Assembly (NCBI GenBank): GCA_049320885.1
Contig: JBMORA010000032.1
Coordinates: forward strand, 43,794-107,793
From: Thermodesulfobacteriota bacterium
GTDB lineage: Bacteria > Desulfobacterota > Desulfobacteria > Desulfobacterales > SURF-7
Direction of reading: 5' to 3'
Length of the DNA: 64,000 nucleotides
Made by a program: the position numbers and the translations under genes. Under the pieces are notes generated by a model, which saw only the letters and a list, made by a program, of their open reading frames with translations, made no database searches and had not been told where the DNA came from. Positions 49,701 through 57,285 of this stretch are shown one piece after another. Numbering within the stretch: the stretch's first letter is position 1; the number at the start of each line of letters is the position of its first letter.

Positions 49701-49783
49701 TATTGATACCGGTTTCCTTTCTCTATCAGCGCTTCCTGTCGGAAAGGCCCGCCAAACCAACCGGAAAACAGGACGGGATATGA
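46745..49783 (+). CDS. DUF2339 large polytopic membrane protein
   Basis: AAAGGAG RBS, WEQFMGVKLFAWLGG, GGFLTPPLLSTG and KLFLHDL...LYRI. Many TMs. Confidence 0.85.
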   Translation: MSLTVVVLMGVLWIWLRTKMSRLADQAGRDHERLEELLTRVQALELALRGGALPAREAGPEAADTPGEEWPGTAAPEPETGEKSYQEMPEYDWETPEEAVAATPARESRPEAETEQAGSAAPGSGRERPAVNWEQFMGVKLFAWLGGIALFLGVAFFIKYSFEHNLISPPVRVAGGVLVGLGLLAGGLLMDRRRYAITVQTLCAAGVLILYADIFAACSFYHLLPNAAAFALMILITFTAFLLSLRLDAQAVAIIGMLGGFLTPPLLSTGEDRPLALFSYIAMLDAGLIALALIKRWGHLCLLAAVATMAMQFGWAEKFFQADKIHTAQGVFIFYTAFFIAAFWHAQRKDRMDRFISAAACLPPAAALLFSFYLLVYPYPEIARRPFQVFCMALAGDAALLVVSWHRSRMRWVNMAAGTAVFLLLTVWIASFLSMELLNPALVLCLLFAILHGAYPVVLERLKPAGSPAWWGHVFAPAALLLTMIPLLTFEEPTIAVWLAVLVLNALAVMLALATAAISGILAVLLITAALIFFWVAAIPVWVAGLWEMLVVVGAFAAFFLGVSAWILRRAGRPATEVQMEAGATFPFRRSRFSVDLSRQIPAVSALLPFLLLIMVTLKQTLADPSPVFGLALLLGILLYGIVLTWQADSLAVVGLLGVVCLEQAWFANGFTPERAALPLAWLVAFYALFSGFPFGFQKRMAGRVVPWAAAALAGPLQFFFVYRLVRTAYMNPYMGLLPALFALPSLLALVRLIRTVPFDTPEGRRLSALFGGVALFFITAVFPIQFEKQWITIGWALEGAALLWLFRRIPHPGLKIVGAALLTAAFIRLALNIEVIQYHRRSNIPVFNWYLYAYGLVSLCLFAGARLLRPPDHRIKNVDVRAVLYGLGTVLTFLLLNIEIADYFSTGPYIRFEFSGSFGRDMTYSLAWAVFAFVLLVVGIRQGLAAVRYAGIGLLVVTLLKLFLHDLWSLGGLYRIGALMGLALVLIPVSFLYQRFLSERPAKPTGKQDGI

Positions 49784-51750
49784 AAACTCGGATACTGCTC
49801 GTATTGTCGGCCGTTCTCGGCTTTACCTCCTTCGCGGCGGCCGGGGTGCCGGCGGAATGGAAAACCGTTCAGTCCATGGAGATCGGCCGGGCCGGCTGGG
49901 TCAAGATCAGCCTGCCGGTGGAAACCCTGTCGGCCGCCAAACCGGATCTTGCCGACCTGCGCCTGCTGGATGGGTCCGGCCGGGAGACGGCCTATCGCAT
50001 CGAAAGACCGTTGCAATCGCCCCCGGAAGACAAACCGGCCGGGAACCTCCGCATCCGCCTGGAGGGAACCGGGACAACAGCGACTTTCACCACCGGCCTG
50101 AAAACCGCCCTGGGCGCCGTGTCCATCGAGACGCCGGCCGGGGATTTCATCAAGGCCGTGTCCGTGGAAGGCTCCAATGACGAGGGCCGGTCATGGACCA
50201 TGCTGGTGCGCAACACCTTCCTTTTCCGGCGCGGGAATGCCCAGGGCCTGACGGCCACGGTGCCTGCCGGCGCTTGGGCCATGGCGCGGATATCGCTGGA
50301 CGACAGCCGGGACGCGCCCATCCCCGTCACCGGCATTCGGGTGCATGCCGCGGAAACGGAGGCTGCGCCGGCCGAGCCCATGCCCGTGACGGTCATCAGC
50401 CGGGAGGAAGAAATGGACCGGACCCGGCTGACCCTGGAGCTGCCCGGCGCCAATCTGACCCTGGCTTCCCTGGGAATCGAGACTCCGGAGGCCCTGTTCA
50501 CCCGCCGGGTGACGCTGCAATACCTTGGCCATGACGACAACGGGGTCCGGGAGGTGGAGCTGGCCGGAGACACCCTGTACCGGATCGCCGTCAACGATCA
50601 GGCCCCGCTTTCGCGGCTGGCCTTCGCCGCGGATGTGACGGCGCCCGACCGGCAAGTGATCCTGACCATCCACAACGGCGACAGCCCGCCCCTGCCGGTG
50701 ACGGCGGTCCGGGGCTTCCGGCGGCCGGTGTACCTGGTTTTTTCAGCAGCCGGTCCGGCCGTCTACCAGCTCATCAGCGGCAATCCGGCCGGCAGCGCTC
50801 CCCACTATGACCTGAAAGAGCTGAACGCGGACATGGTTCCGGCGGAACTGATCAGCGCCGCATTTTCACCGCCGGCGGTCAATCCGGACTGGACCCCCCC
50901 CGAAGTCCTGCCGGAGGTCGGCGAGTCCGGCAGCGCCATCGAGCTCTCCACATGGAAATATCACAAGCGCATCGATATCAGAACGGCGGGGGTCCAGCGG
51001 CTGGAACTGGATCCGGAAGTACTGGATCTGGCCCAGCCGTCGCTGACGGATCTGCGCATCGTGAAGAACGGCCGCCAGGTGCCCTATCTGATCGAACCTT
51101 CGGTGTCCCTGGGGGAACTCATGCCGGAAGTCCAGGCGGCGGATGATCCCCCCCTGTCCACGGTCAGCCGCCTGCGGCTGGCCCTGCCGGTCAGACGGCT
51201 GCCCCTTGCGGCCCTGAAAGTCGAGGTCGGCACCGCCTTTTTCCAGCGCCGGGTCACCCTGTACGAGGAAGCGCCGGACCGGCGGGGCAATCAACAGACC
51301 CTGCTGCGCGCGTCGGCGGTCTGGTCCCGCACCATCGGCGAAAAAAGCCCCCCCATGGTTCTGCCCCTGGCCTTCCGGACCATCACCGGCAACCTGATTC
51401 TGGACATCGACAACGGCGACAACCCGGCCCTGGATATCGGCGCCGTCCGGATCAGCTACCGGGCGAACCGGCTCCTGTTCAAGGCCTCCCCGGGAGAAGA
51501 CGCGCGGCTGTATTTCGGCAACCCCACGGCGCCGCCGCCGCGTTACGACATCGATCTGATCGCCGGGCATTTCCTTTCCGCCGCCAAGAACAAGGCGTCC
51601 CTGGCGCCCCTGGAACGTCAGGGGCCGCCGTCCTGGCAGGAAAAATACCGGTTCGGCGAAAAAGCCGTCTGGCTGTTCTGGATCGTTTTGGCCGGCCTCG
51701 TGGCCGGCCTGCTCGTGATCATTTCCCGGCTGCTGCCGAAGGCCAAATGA
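49780..51750 (+). CDS. DUF3999-like exported protein with two internal repeats and a C-terminal membrane anchor
   Basis: Signal peptide. DLRL, NGDxPxL and GNP...PxYD motifs each occur twice. C-terminal TM. ATGA overlap with DUF2339. Confidence 0.75.
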   Translation: MKTRILLVLSAVLGFTSFAAAGVPAEWKTVQSMEIGRAGWVKISLPVETLSAAKPDLADLRLLDGSGRETAYRIERPLQSPPEDKPAGNLRIRLEGTGTTATFTTGLKTALGAVSIETPAGDFIKAVSVEGSNDEGRSWTMLVRNTFLFRRGNAQGLTATVPAGAWAMARISLDDSRDAPIPVTGIRVHAAETEAAPAEPMPVTVISREEEMDRTRLTLELPGANLTLASLGIETPEALFTRRVTLQYLGHDDNGVREVELAGDTLYRIAVNDQAPLSRLAFAADVTAPDRQVILTIHNGDSPPLPVTAVRGFRRPVYLVFSAAGPAVYQLISGNPAGSAPHYDLKELNADMVPAELISAAFSPPAVNPDWTPPEVLPEVGESGSAIELSTWKYHKRIDIRTAGVQRLELDPEVLDLAQPSLTDLRIVKNGRQVPYLIEPSVSLGELMPEVQAADDPPLSTVSRLRLALPVRRLPLAALKVEVGTAFFQRRVTLYEEAPDRRGNQQTLLRASAVWSRTIGEKSPPMVLPLAFRTITGNLILDIDNGDNPALDIGAVRISYRANRLLFKASPGEDARLYFGNPTAPPPRYDIDLIAGHFLSAAKNKASLAPLERQGPPSWQEKYRFGEKAVWLFWIVLAGLVAGLLVIISRLLPKAK

Positions 51751-51814
51751 TTCTTGGGGTGAAAAATCGCTACGGCATCTATGGAAAAAGCCGCCAATCT
51801 CCCTCCGCAAACCA

Positions 51815-52765
51815 TTAGACCACTTCCAGTTCGCCCGGGTTGACACCTGCGCCGCCGAGGATAGCCCATTGCAGATCCACGTGGGATTGAAGGGTCTGCA
51901 ACATCGCCTCATTGCCCGGCTTAAAAAGATGGGCGAACCGGCCCTGGGGTTTCAAAAACGCGGAAACAGGTTGCTTTTGCTTGGGCGTGTAGGTCAAGCG
52001 GGTCCGGCCGTTTTCAATTTCGAACAACGGCCAGAAGCAGGTGCTGACCGCCAGCCTCGACAGCGTGATGGCGTCGTCGGTTTGGGAGCGCCACCCGCGG
52101 TTGCAAGGGGAAAGCAGGTTTAAAAATTTAGGCCCCTTTATCGACAAGGCTTTTTGAACCTTTCGCATGAGATCGACGTGATGGCTCAGAGCTGCCTGGG
52201 CCACATAGGGGATGTCGTGGGCCGCCATGATCTGGGCGATGTTTTTTCTGTGCTGGGGTTTTCCGGCCAAGACCTCGCCCGCCGGCGTTGTGGTGGTGGA
52301 GGCGCCGAAGGGGGTAGCGCCCGAGCGCTGGATGCCTGTGTTCATGTAGGCGCCGTTGTCATAGCAGACATAGAGCAGGTCGTGGCCCCTCTCCATGGCG
52401 CCAGAGAGGCTCTGGAAGCCGATGTCGTAGGTGCCACCGTCTCCGGCAAAAACGATGAAGGCGATATCCTGGTCCATTCGGCCTTTTTTCTTCAGGGCCC
52501 GGTACATGGTTTCGACACCGGCCATGGTGACGGCCGCGTTTTCAAAGGCCGAATGAATCCACGGTATTTTCCAAGACGTATAATCGGAAATACAGGTGGT
52601 CACCTCCAGACACCCGGTGGGCGAGCAGGCGATTACCGGTTTGTCCGCAGCCAGCAGGACCATTTTAACCGCGACGGCTGCGCCGCAACCGGCGCACATC
52701 CTATGGCCCGAGGCCAGTGGGATCTCTTTTTGGGCGAGTTCTTTCAATCTTAATGCTGATGACAT
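51815..52765 (-). CDS. porB: Pyruvate:ferredoxin oxidoreductase beta subunit
   Basis: GHRMCAGCG, TGCLEV and GDGGTYDIG...YDNGAYMNTGIQRS (TPP motif). Confidence 0.9.
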   Translation of the reverse strand: MSSALRLKELAQKEIPLASGHRMCAGCGAAVAVKMVLLAADKPVIACSPTGCLEVTTCISDYTSWKIPWIHSAFENAAVTMAGVETMYRALKKKGRMDQDIAFIVFAGDGGTYDIGFQSLSGAMERGHDLLYVCYDNGAYMNTGIQRSGATPFGASTTTTPAGEVLAGKPQHRKNIAQIMAAHDIPYVAQAALSHHVDLMRKVQKALSIKGPKFLNLLSPCNRGWRSQTDDAITLSRLAVSTCFWPLFEIENGRTRLTYTPKQKQPVSAFLKPQGRFAHLFKPGNEAMLQTLQSHVDLQWAILGGAGVNPGELEVV

Positions 52766-52808
52766 GGTCTTCTCCTTGAAAAACGTACGGCAGCAAAAAC
52801 GAGCTCCG

Positions 52809-53984
52809 CTATTTCAAACCGATATAGGCCTTGACCTCGCCGCCTGAAGTTTCGGCGGCACGAGCAGCCTCCTCAATGGCCCGGCTGGCATCCTGGGGCA
52901 GAAAATCCCTTCCGCCCAGGCCGTATATGCGATTGATCAGCCGCGGTCTTTGGTCGTGAGGGTACAGGGCGGCGCAAATGTCGGCGAACATCGGCCCGCT
53001 GGCGCCGAAGGAGTCGGCGCGATCAAGGACGCACACCGCCTCAAGATGGCGCAGTGCTTCGGCAATGGCGGTGAAAGGGAAGGGCCTGAACAGCCTGGGT
53101 TTCAAAAGCCCGGCCTTGATCCCCCGGTTTCTGGCCTCGTCAACGGCGTCCTTGGCGGTTCCGGCGGCTGAATTCAATACAACCAGGCCGACCCGCGCAT
53201 CCTCCAAACGGTAGGATTCGAACAGACCGTATTTTCTTCCGCTTGTTTTCTCAAACTCGGTGGCCACATCCGAAATCACCTGAAAGACACCCGTCATGAC
53301 GTCGTGTTGGACCTTCTTGTATTCGTGGTACTGATCGGTGAGAATCAAGGGGCCATAGCTGACTGGGCGCCGGATGTCGAGCAAGGGGTTACGGGGCCGG
53401 AATTGCCCGACGAAGCGCTTGACGATATCGTCGGGCAGATATTCCATGCGCCCGATGGAGTGGCTGATAATGAAGCCATCTACACAGATCATGACCGGCA
53501 GGCGCACGGCGGGGTGCTCGGCGATGCGGAAGGCCTGAATAGTGTTGTCGTAGGCCTCCTGGGCGTTTTCGGACCACAGTTGAATCCACCCCGAATCCCT
53601 GGCGCCCATGGCGTCGGAGTGGTCGCAGTGGATGTTCAACGGCGCCGACAAAGCCCGGTTGATCACCGGCATGACAATGGGTAGGCGCATGCCAGAGGCG
53701 ACGAAAAGCATCTCCCACATCAGGGCCAGTCCTGGCCCGCTGGTGGCCGTGGCCACCCGTCCGCCGGCGGCCGCGGCGCCGATGCAGGCGCTCATGGCGC
53801 TGTGCTCGCTTTCCACCAACATCAGCTCGGTTTGAACCAAGCCGTCGGCCGCGAAATCGGAAAAGCGCTGCATGAGATCAGTCTGGGGCGTGATGGGATA
53901 GGCGGCGCAAACATCGGGATCGATCTGTTTGAGGGCCTGGGCCACGGCCTCATTGCCGGTAACGGCGACGACAGCTTTCATCAT
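52809..53984 (-). CDS. porA: Pyruvate:ferredoxin oxidoreductase alpha subunit
   Basis: AYPITPQT, ESEHSAMS, NRALSAPLNIHCDHSD and YGLGGRD. Confidence 0.9.
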   Translation of the reverse strand: MMKAVVAVTGNEAVAQALKQIDPDVCAAYPITPQTDLMQRFSDFAADGLVQTELMLVESEHSAMSACIGAAAAGGRVATATSGPGLALMWEMLFVASGMRLPIVMPVINRALSAPLNIHCDHSDAMGARDSGWIQLWSENAQEAYDNTIQAFRIAEHPAVRLPVMICVDGFIISHSIGRMEYLPDDIVKRFVGQFRPRNPLLDIRRPVSYGPLILTDQYHEYKKVQHDVMTGVFQVISDVATEFEKTSGRKYGLFESYRLEDARVGLVVLNSAAGTAKDAVDEARNRGIKAGLLKPRLFRPFPFTAIAEALRHLEAVCVLDRADSFGASGPMFADICAALYPHDQRPRLINRIYGLGGRDFLPQDASRAIEEAARAAETSGGEVKAYIGLK

Positions 53985-54277
53985 TTCTCCTCCTCTTGCA
54001 TGGCGATGGCTTTTTTACCCTTTTTCCCGGGGCATTCCAATGCGCAGATGCCGCACCCCTTGCAGTAATCGTAGTTGAATCCGGCCATTTTGCCGTCGGC
54101 GATGTTGACCGCCATGTCCGGGCAGTAAAGCCAGCAAAACAGACAGTCGATGCAGTTCTCCTTCAGCGAGATTGGCCTGGACGAGCGCCAGGAACCGGTT
54201 TTAATCGCTACGGAATTGCCCGGCGTGGTAATCACGGGACCGTCGTTCTTCATTTCTTCCATTCCTCGCGGATTCAT
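53981..54277 (-). CDS. porD: Pyruvate:ferredoxin oxidoreductase delta subunit (2x[4Fe-4S])
   Basis: KTGSWR, CIDCLFCWLYCP and YCKGCGICALECP. Confidence 0.92.
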   Translation of the reverse strand: MNPRGMEEMKNDGPVITTPGNSVAIKTGSWRSSRPISLKENCIDCLFCWLYCPDMAVNIADGKMAGFNYDYCKGCGICALECPGKKGKKAIAMQEEEK

Positions 54278-54849
54278 ATTTCACGCACCTCCTGCCATCC
54301 TTTTTCCACGGCGATGCGATTGCCCTCCACGATTTTTGGGGCAAATTTTTTGCCGAAACTTTTCATCACATCCTTGGCGACGGTGTCCAATTCCACAAGA
54401 TCGGAAATTTTCGCCAGGGCGCCCACCATGGGCGAGTTCGGCAAGTCCCGCCCGATGGCATCCTGGGCAATTCTGGAGCCATCAACTGCGTAAATCTTTT
54501 GACCGGGCTGCAAGTTGAATTTCCTTCTGACCGTCGCGCTGTTTTTACCCGCATTAATTAGAAAGACCGCCTGTGCTTTGGTACCGGCGGTTACGTCGAT
54601 GCCGTCGAGTAATGTGGTATCCACCACGATGACGATATCCGGCTGCAAGACAGGGCAGTGCATTCTCAGCTCCTTTGTGCTGATCCGGTTATAGGCCTGC
54701 AAGGGCGCTCCGGCGCGTTCAGGTCCGTATTCAGGAAACGCCTGAATGTGGCGGCCCCTGCTGAGGCATGCGTCGGCGAAGATTTTAGCTGCGGTCACCG
54801 TCCCCTGCCCGCCTCGACCATGCCAGCGTATTTCCACTGTTTCGCTCAT
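54274..54849 (-). CDS. porC: Pyruvate:ferredoxin oxidoreductase gamma subunit
   Basis: EIRWHGRGGQG and QAFPEYGPERAGAP. AGGAG RBS. Confidence 0.9.
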   Translation of the reverse strand: MSETVEIRWHGRGGQGTVTAAKIFADACLSRGRHIQAFPEYGPERAGAPLQAYNRISTKELRMHCPVLQPDIVIVVDTTLLDGIDVTAGTKAQAVFLINAGKNSATVRRKFNLQPGQKIYAVDGSRIAQDAIGRDLPNSPMVGALAKISDLVELDTVAKDVMKSFGKKFAPKIVEGNRIAVEKGWQEVREI

Positions 54850-54920
54850 GTTTTCTCCTTTCATGGTTTTCATACATGTATACGGCCAGGAGGCTGAAAG
54901 CCTTCGGCAACAAACCGCTA

Positions 54921-55442
54921 TTACAGGATAGCCCGGCGGATCTCTTCGTCGTCGGCCGCCACCTCGGCACGCATCTTTTCCCTGTAGGCTTTGAGTTCCG
55001 CGCGGAGTCGCTCGTCCGACAACGCCAGGATGGCAACGGCAAGCAGGGCCGCATTTTTGGAGCCGGCTTTGCCGATGGCCGTAGTGCCAACCGGGATCCC
55101 CCCGGGCATCTGGACCATGGAAAGCAGCGAGTCCAAACCACCCAGATCGGTTGTAACCATGGGTACGCCGAGGACCGGCAAGGTGGTCAGGGCCGCAAGT
55201 ACCCCGGCCAGATGGGCCGCCTTGCCCGCTGCGGCGATGATGATCTGAATGCCCCGCGCCTCGGCGCCTACGGCGAACTCATGGGCGCGGTCCGGCGTTC
55301 TGTGGGCTGAAATCACCCGGATTTCGTAAGGCACCTGAAAATCAGCCAACACCTTGGCGCTCTCCCGCATTACGTCGAAATCGGACTTGCTGCCCATGAC
55401 AACCGCCACCTTGGGTGTTTGCTGAATGGTGAGTCCGTTCAT
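54921..55442 (-). CDS. purE: N5-carboxyaminoimidazole ribonucleotide mutase
   Basis: VMGSKSD, SAHRTP, AGKAAHLAG and DSLLSMVQMPGGIPV. GGAGG RBS. Confidence 0.93.
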   Translation of the reverse strand: MNGLTIQQTPKVAVVMGSKSDFDVMRESAKVLADFQVPYEIRVISAHRTPDRAHEFAVGAEARGIQIIIAAAGKAAHLAGVLAALTTLPVLGVPMVTTDLGGLDSLLSMVQMPGGIPVGTTAIGKAGSKNAALLAVAILALSDERLRAELKAYREKMRAEVAADDEEIRRAIL

Positions 55443-55443
55443 A

Positions 55444-55983
55444 TCAGCCCACCTCCGCCAAGAAGACATTCGTCTGTCGAACCTTGAGCGCAAAGGCGGT
55501 AAGTTCAACGGTGACGGGATTGAGTTCTCCGACACTTTCCGCGGTCAGCACGCCGGCCATGGAGGGCACATGCATACCGGCAGGTATGGCAACCCCTTCC
55601 ACGAGGGCTTGGTGCTGGACGACAACGCCATCGCCAAGCTCCGCCTTGAAAACGATGCTTTTAAAACCTACAAAACAGTTCTCGCCCATATTGCAGGGTC
55701 CGTGGATCACGGCTCCGTGGGCGAGGGAGCTTCCTTTACCGATGCGCACCGGCGATCCACCCAGTGCATGGACGATGACGCCGTCTTGAATGTTGACCTC
55801 CGATTCGATGATGATTGCCTCCACCTTGCCTGCCGGGCAGGGTTCGTCCGACCGGATCACGGCGTTGGGTCCTACGAACACTTTTTCGCCGATCTGGACG
55901 TTGCCGATCACCACGGCCGAAGGATGAATCGTCGCGGTGGCGGCCACCACAGGTTTATCGCCAGCATGATTCCGATAAAGCAT
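55444..55983 (-). CDS. Gamma-class carbonic anhydrase
   Basis: Hexapeptide repeats, IRSDE, NIQDGVIVH and SLAHGAVIHGP supply three Zn-binding His. GGAGG RBS. Confidence 0.88.
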   Translation of the reverse strand: MLYRNHAGDKPVVAATATIHPSAVVIGNVQIGEKVFVGPNAVIRSDEPCPAGKVEAIIIESEVNIQDGVIVHALGGSPVRIGKGSSLAHGAVIHGPCNMGENCFVGFKSIVFKAELGDGVVVQHQALVEGVAIPAGMHVPSMAGVLTAESVGELNPVTVELTAFALKVRQTNVFLAEVG

Positions 55984-56110
55984 TTTCCCTCCGTCGATTT
56001 GAGTTTGTTTTTCTACTGTCCGTCACCAACGCTGCAAACATCCCGGACCGTTGCCTGGTGCAAGAACATATTTCTTGTTGCCGCTTGCACGGCGGCGTTT
56101 CCTTTCGCAC

Positions 56111-56153
56111 AAAAAAAGGCCGCCCCTGTTTCGTAGAAACAGGCGACGGCCTT
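56111..56153 (-). terminator. Intrinsic terminator inside the 5' leader of the carbonic anhydrase operon
   Basis: Minus strand reads AAGGCCGTCGCCTGTTTC-TAC-GAAACAGGGGCGGCC-TTTTTTT, about 130 nt before the CA start codon. Confidence 0.85.
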
Positions 56154-56278
56154 ATATTTTTCACGCGCCCTTCACCGCCGGTGAAGGGCCCGCTCTAACA
56201 CTAAGACATTAATGGTGTTGCTTCCGTACCCCCCTGAAGACTATCGTTGGAAACGCCACTCTCCAGGCAGGTCTGATG
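56111..56278 (-). ncRNA. Candidate cis-regulatory leader RNA (riboswitch/attenuator)
   Basis: Several stems lie between the promoter and the terminator: CCUGGAGA/UCUUCAGG, CGUU/AACG, AACAC/GUGUU and GCCCUUCACC/GGUGAAGGGC. An alternative anti-terminator pairing is possible. Confidence 0.55.
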
Positions 56279-56283
56279 TACTT

Positions 56284-56311
56284 TCTATAGGGATATCCCT
56301 ATTGCTGTCAA
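56284..56311 (-). promoter_or_regulatory. Sigma70-type promoter containing a perfect 16-bp palindrome
   Basis: Minus strand reads TTGACA-16 bp-TATAGA. Palindrome ATAGGGATATCCCTAT at 56287-56302. Confidence 0.6.
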
Positions 56312-56363
56312 GATGTTTTTTAAGCCGTTTTTTCAAGCCGGCATACAACATATCCAAATCTTG

Positions 56364-56732
56364 TTATATACTTGGGGGCGACATCAGGGAAAAAATGATC
56401 ACCCTTTCACCGGATACTGTGCTGATATCTGTGTGCAGGCTCTTTACCTTTATACCCAGAATTTTTTCAACCGCCTCCTCCAGCAAGGGGCGGCCTTGCT
56501 CCAACAGGGCGATGCGGACCCGTTTAATCAACTCGCGACCATCCTTTTGATCTTTATTATCGGAGAGCTTCAGTTCCGCCTGGGTGAGAACATTTTTAAG
56601 TCGCACAAAGACCATGTCATCGATGATATAGGCCTTGGCTTCCAACGGACCCCGCCCCATGTACTCCTTTTCAAATTTGACGATCGCTTCGCAGATTTCG
56701 GCCTCGATTTGTCCCTTGGTTTTATTTTTCAT
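56364..56732 (-). CDS. DUF2294 / MpsC-family protein
   Basis: KTKGQIEAEI...FEKEYMGRGP...LTQAE...LIKRVR...SLHTDISTVSGERVIIF. Confidence 0.85.
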   Translation of the reverse strand: MKNKTKGQIEAEICEAIVKFEKEYMGRGPLEAKAYIIDDMVFVRLKNVLTQAELKLSDNKDQKDGRELIKRVRIALLEQGRPLLEEAVEKILGIKVKSLHTDISTVSGERVIIFSLMSPPSI

Positions 56733-56962
56733 TTTGACCTCAAACGCTCAACCATACATCGATGACCTTTCGATGCAATCTCATTTGGATTACGTATCAC
56801 GCAGAGTTTTTCTGCGAAAAGCCTCCAGAAACACATTTGTCGCTATAATCCGATTCTGGATGTACTATTTAGAAAATTATTTAACATTCCACAATATTTT
56901 TATTTGCCATTACGGAATAATGGCTACCCTGCTCCCACCAGCACATCCCGGTTTTATGATCC

Positions 56963-57148
56963 GTCGAAGCCGACGCCGAGGCGATGGGCAAGGATATCCA
57001 TACGGCCGGCCATGTTTCGATATATGGTATATACTTCGACACCGGCAAATCGGAGATAAAGCCCGAATCCGACCTTGCGCCCGTCACATCCAACCATAAT
57101 GAGGCGGAAAAGGCGAAGAACCGGCGGCTGGAATTGGTTAAGCGGTGA
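56963..57148 (+). pseudogene. Remnant of an OmpA-family protein (5'-truncated, internally deleted)
   Basis: Not in the ORF track. Translates as VEADAEAMGKDIHTAGHVSIYGIYFDTGKSEIKPESD-LAPVTSNHNEAEKAKNRRLELVKR*, the start and end of an OmpA_C domain joined together. Confidence 0.8.
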
Positions 57149-57285
57149 TGACTGAAAGATGTAGTCATTGGCCTGAAAGTGATTGCATGATTACTCCGGG
57201 GCGTACATCCGCACGCAAAGTCAGTTTGCGGATGAACAGGCTCGCAATGTGCGGGAGCTTTCACTATAAATTTCCTGTGAAGGGT

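Noticed and set aside
56111..56280. Assignment of the leader to the ZMP/ZTP riboswitch because purE is downstream and GCCGUCGCCUG resembles its 3' end
   Set aside because: The GACUGGCG 5' element and the terminal CUGGGC pseudoknot strand are not present as I recall the consensus. Left unassigned pending cmscan.
56855..56872. Minus-strand AGTACATCCAGA upstream of DUF2294, similar to AGTACATCAGA at the start of the CA leader
   Set aside because: The match is short and the downstream stems are not repeated. Could be chance.
57150..57260. Hairpins CATCCGCA/TGCGGATG with ACGCAAAG, reminiscent of a c-di-GMP-I riboswitch
   Set aside because: The GGCAAA...GAAA P2 arm and the overall architecture are missing.
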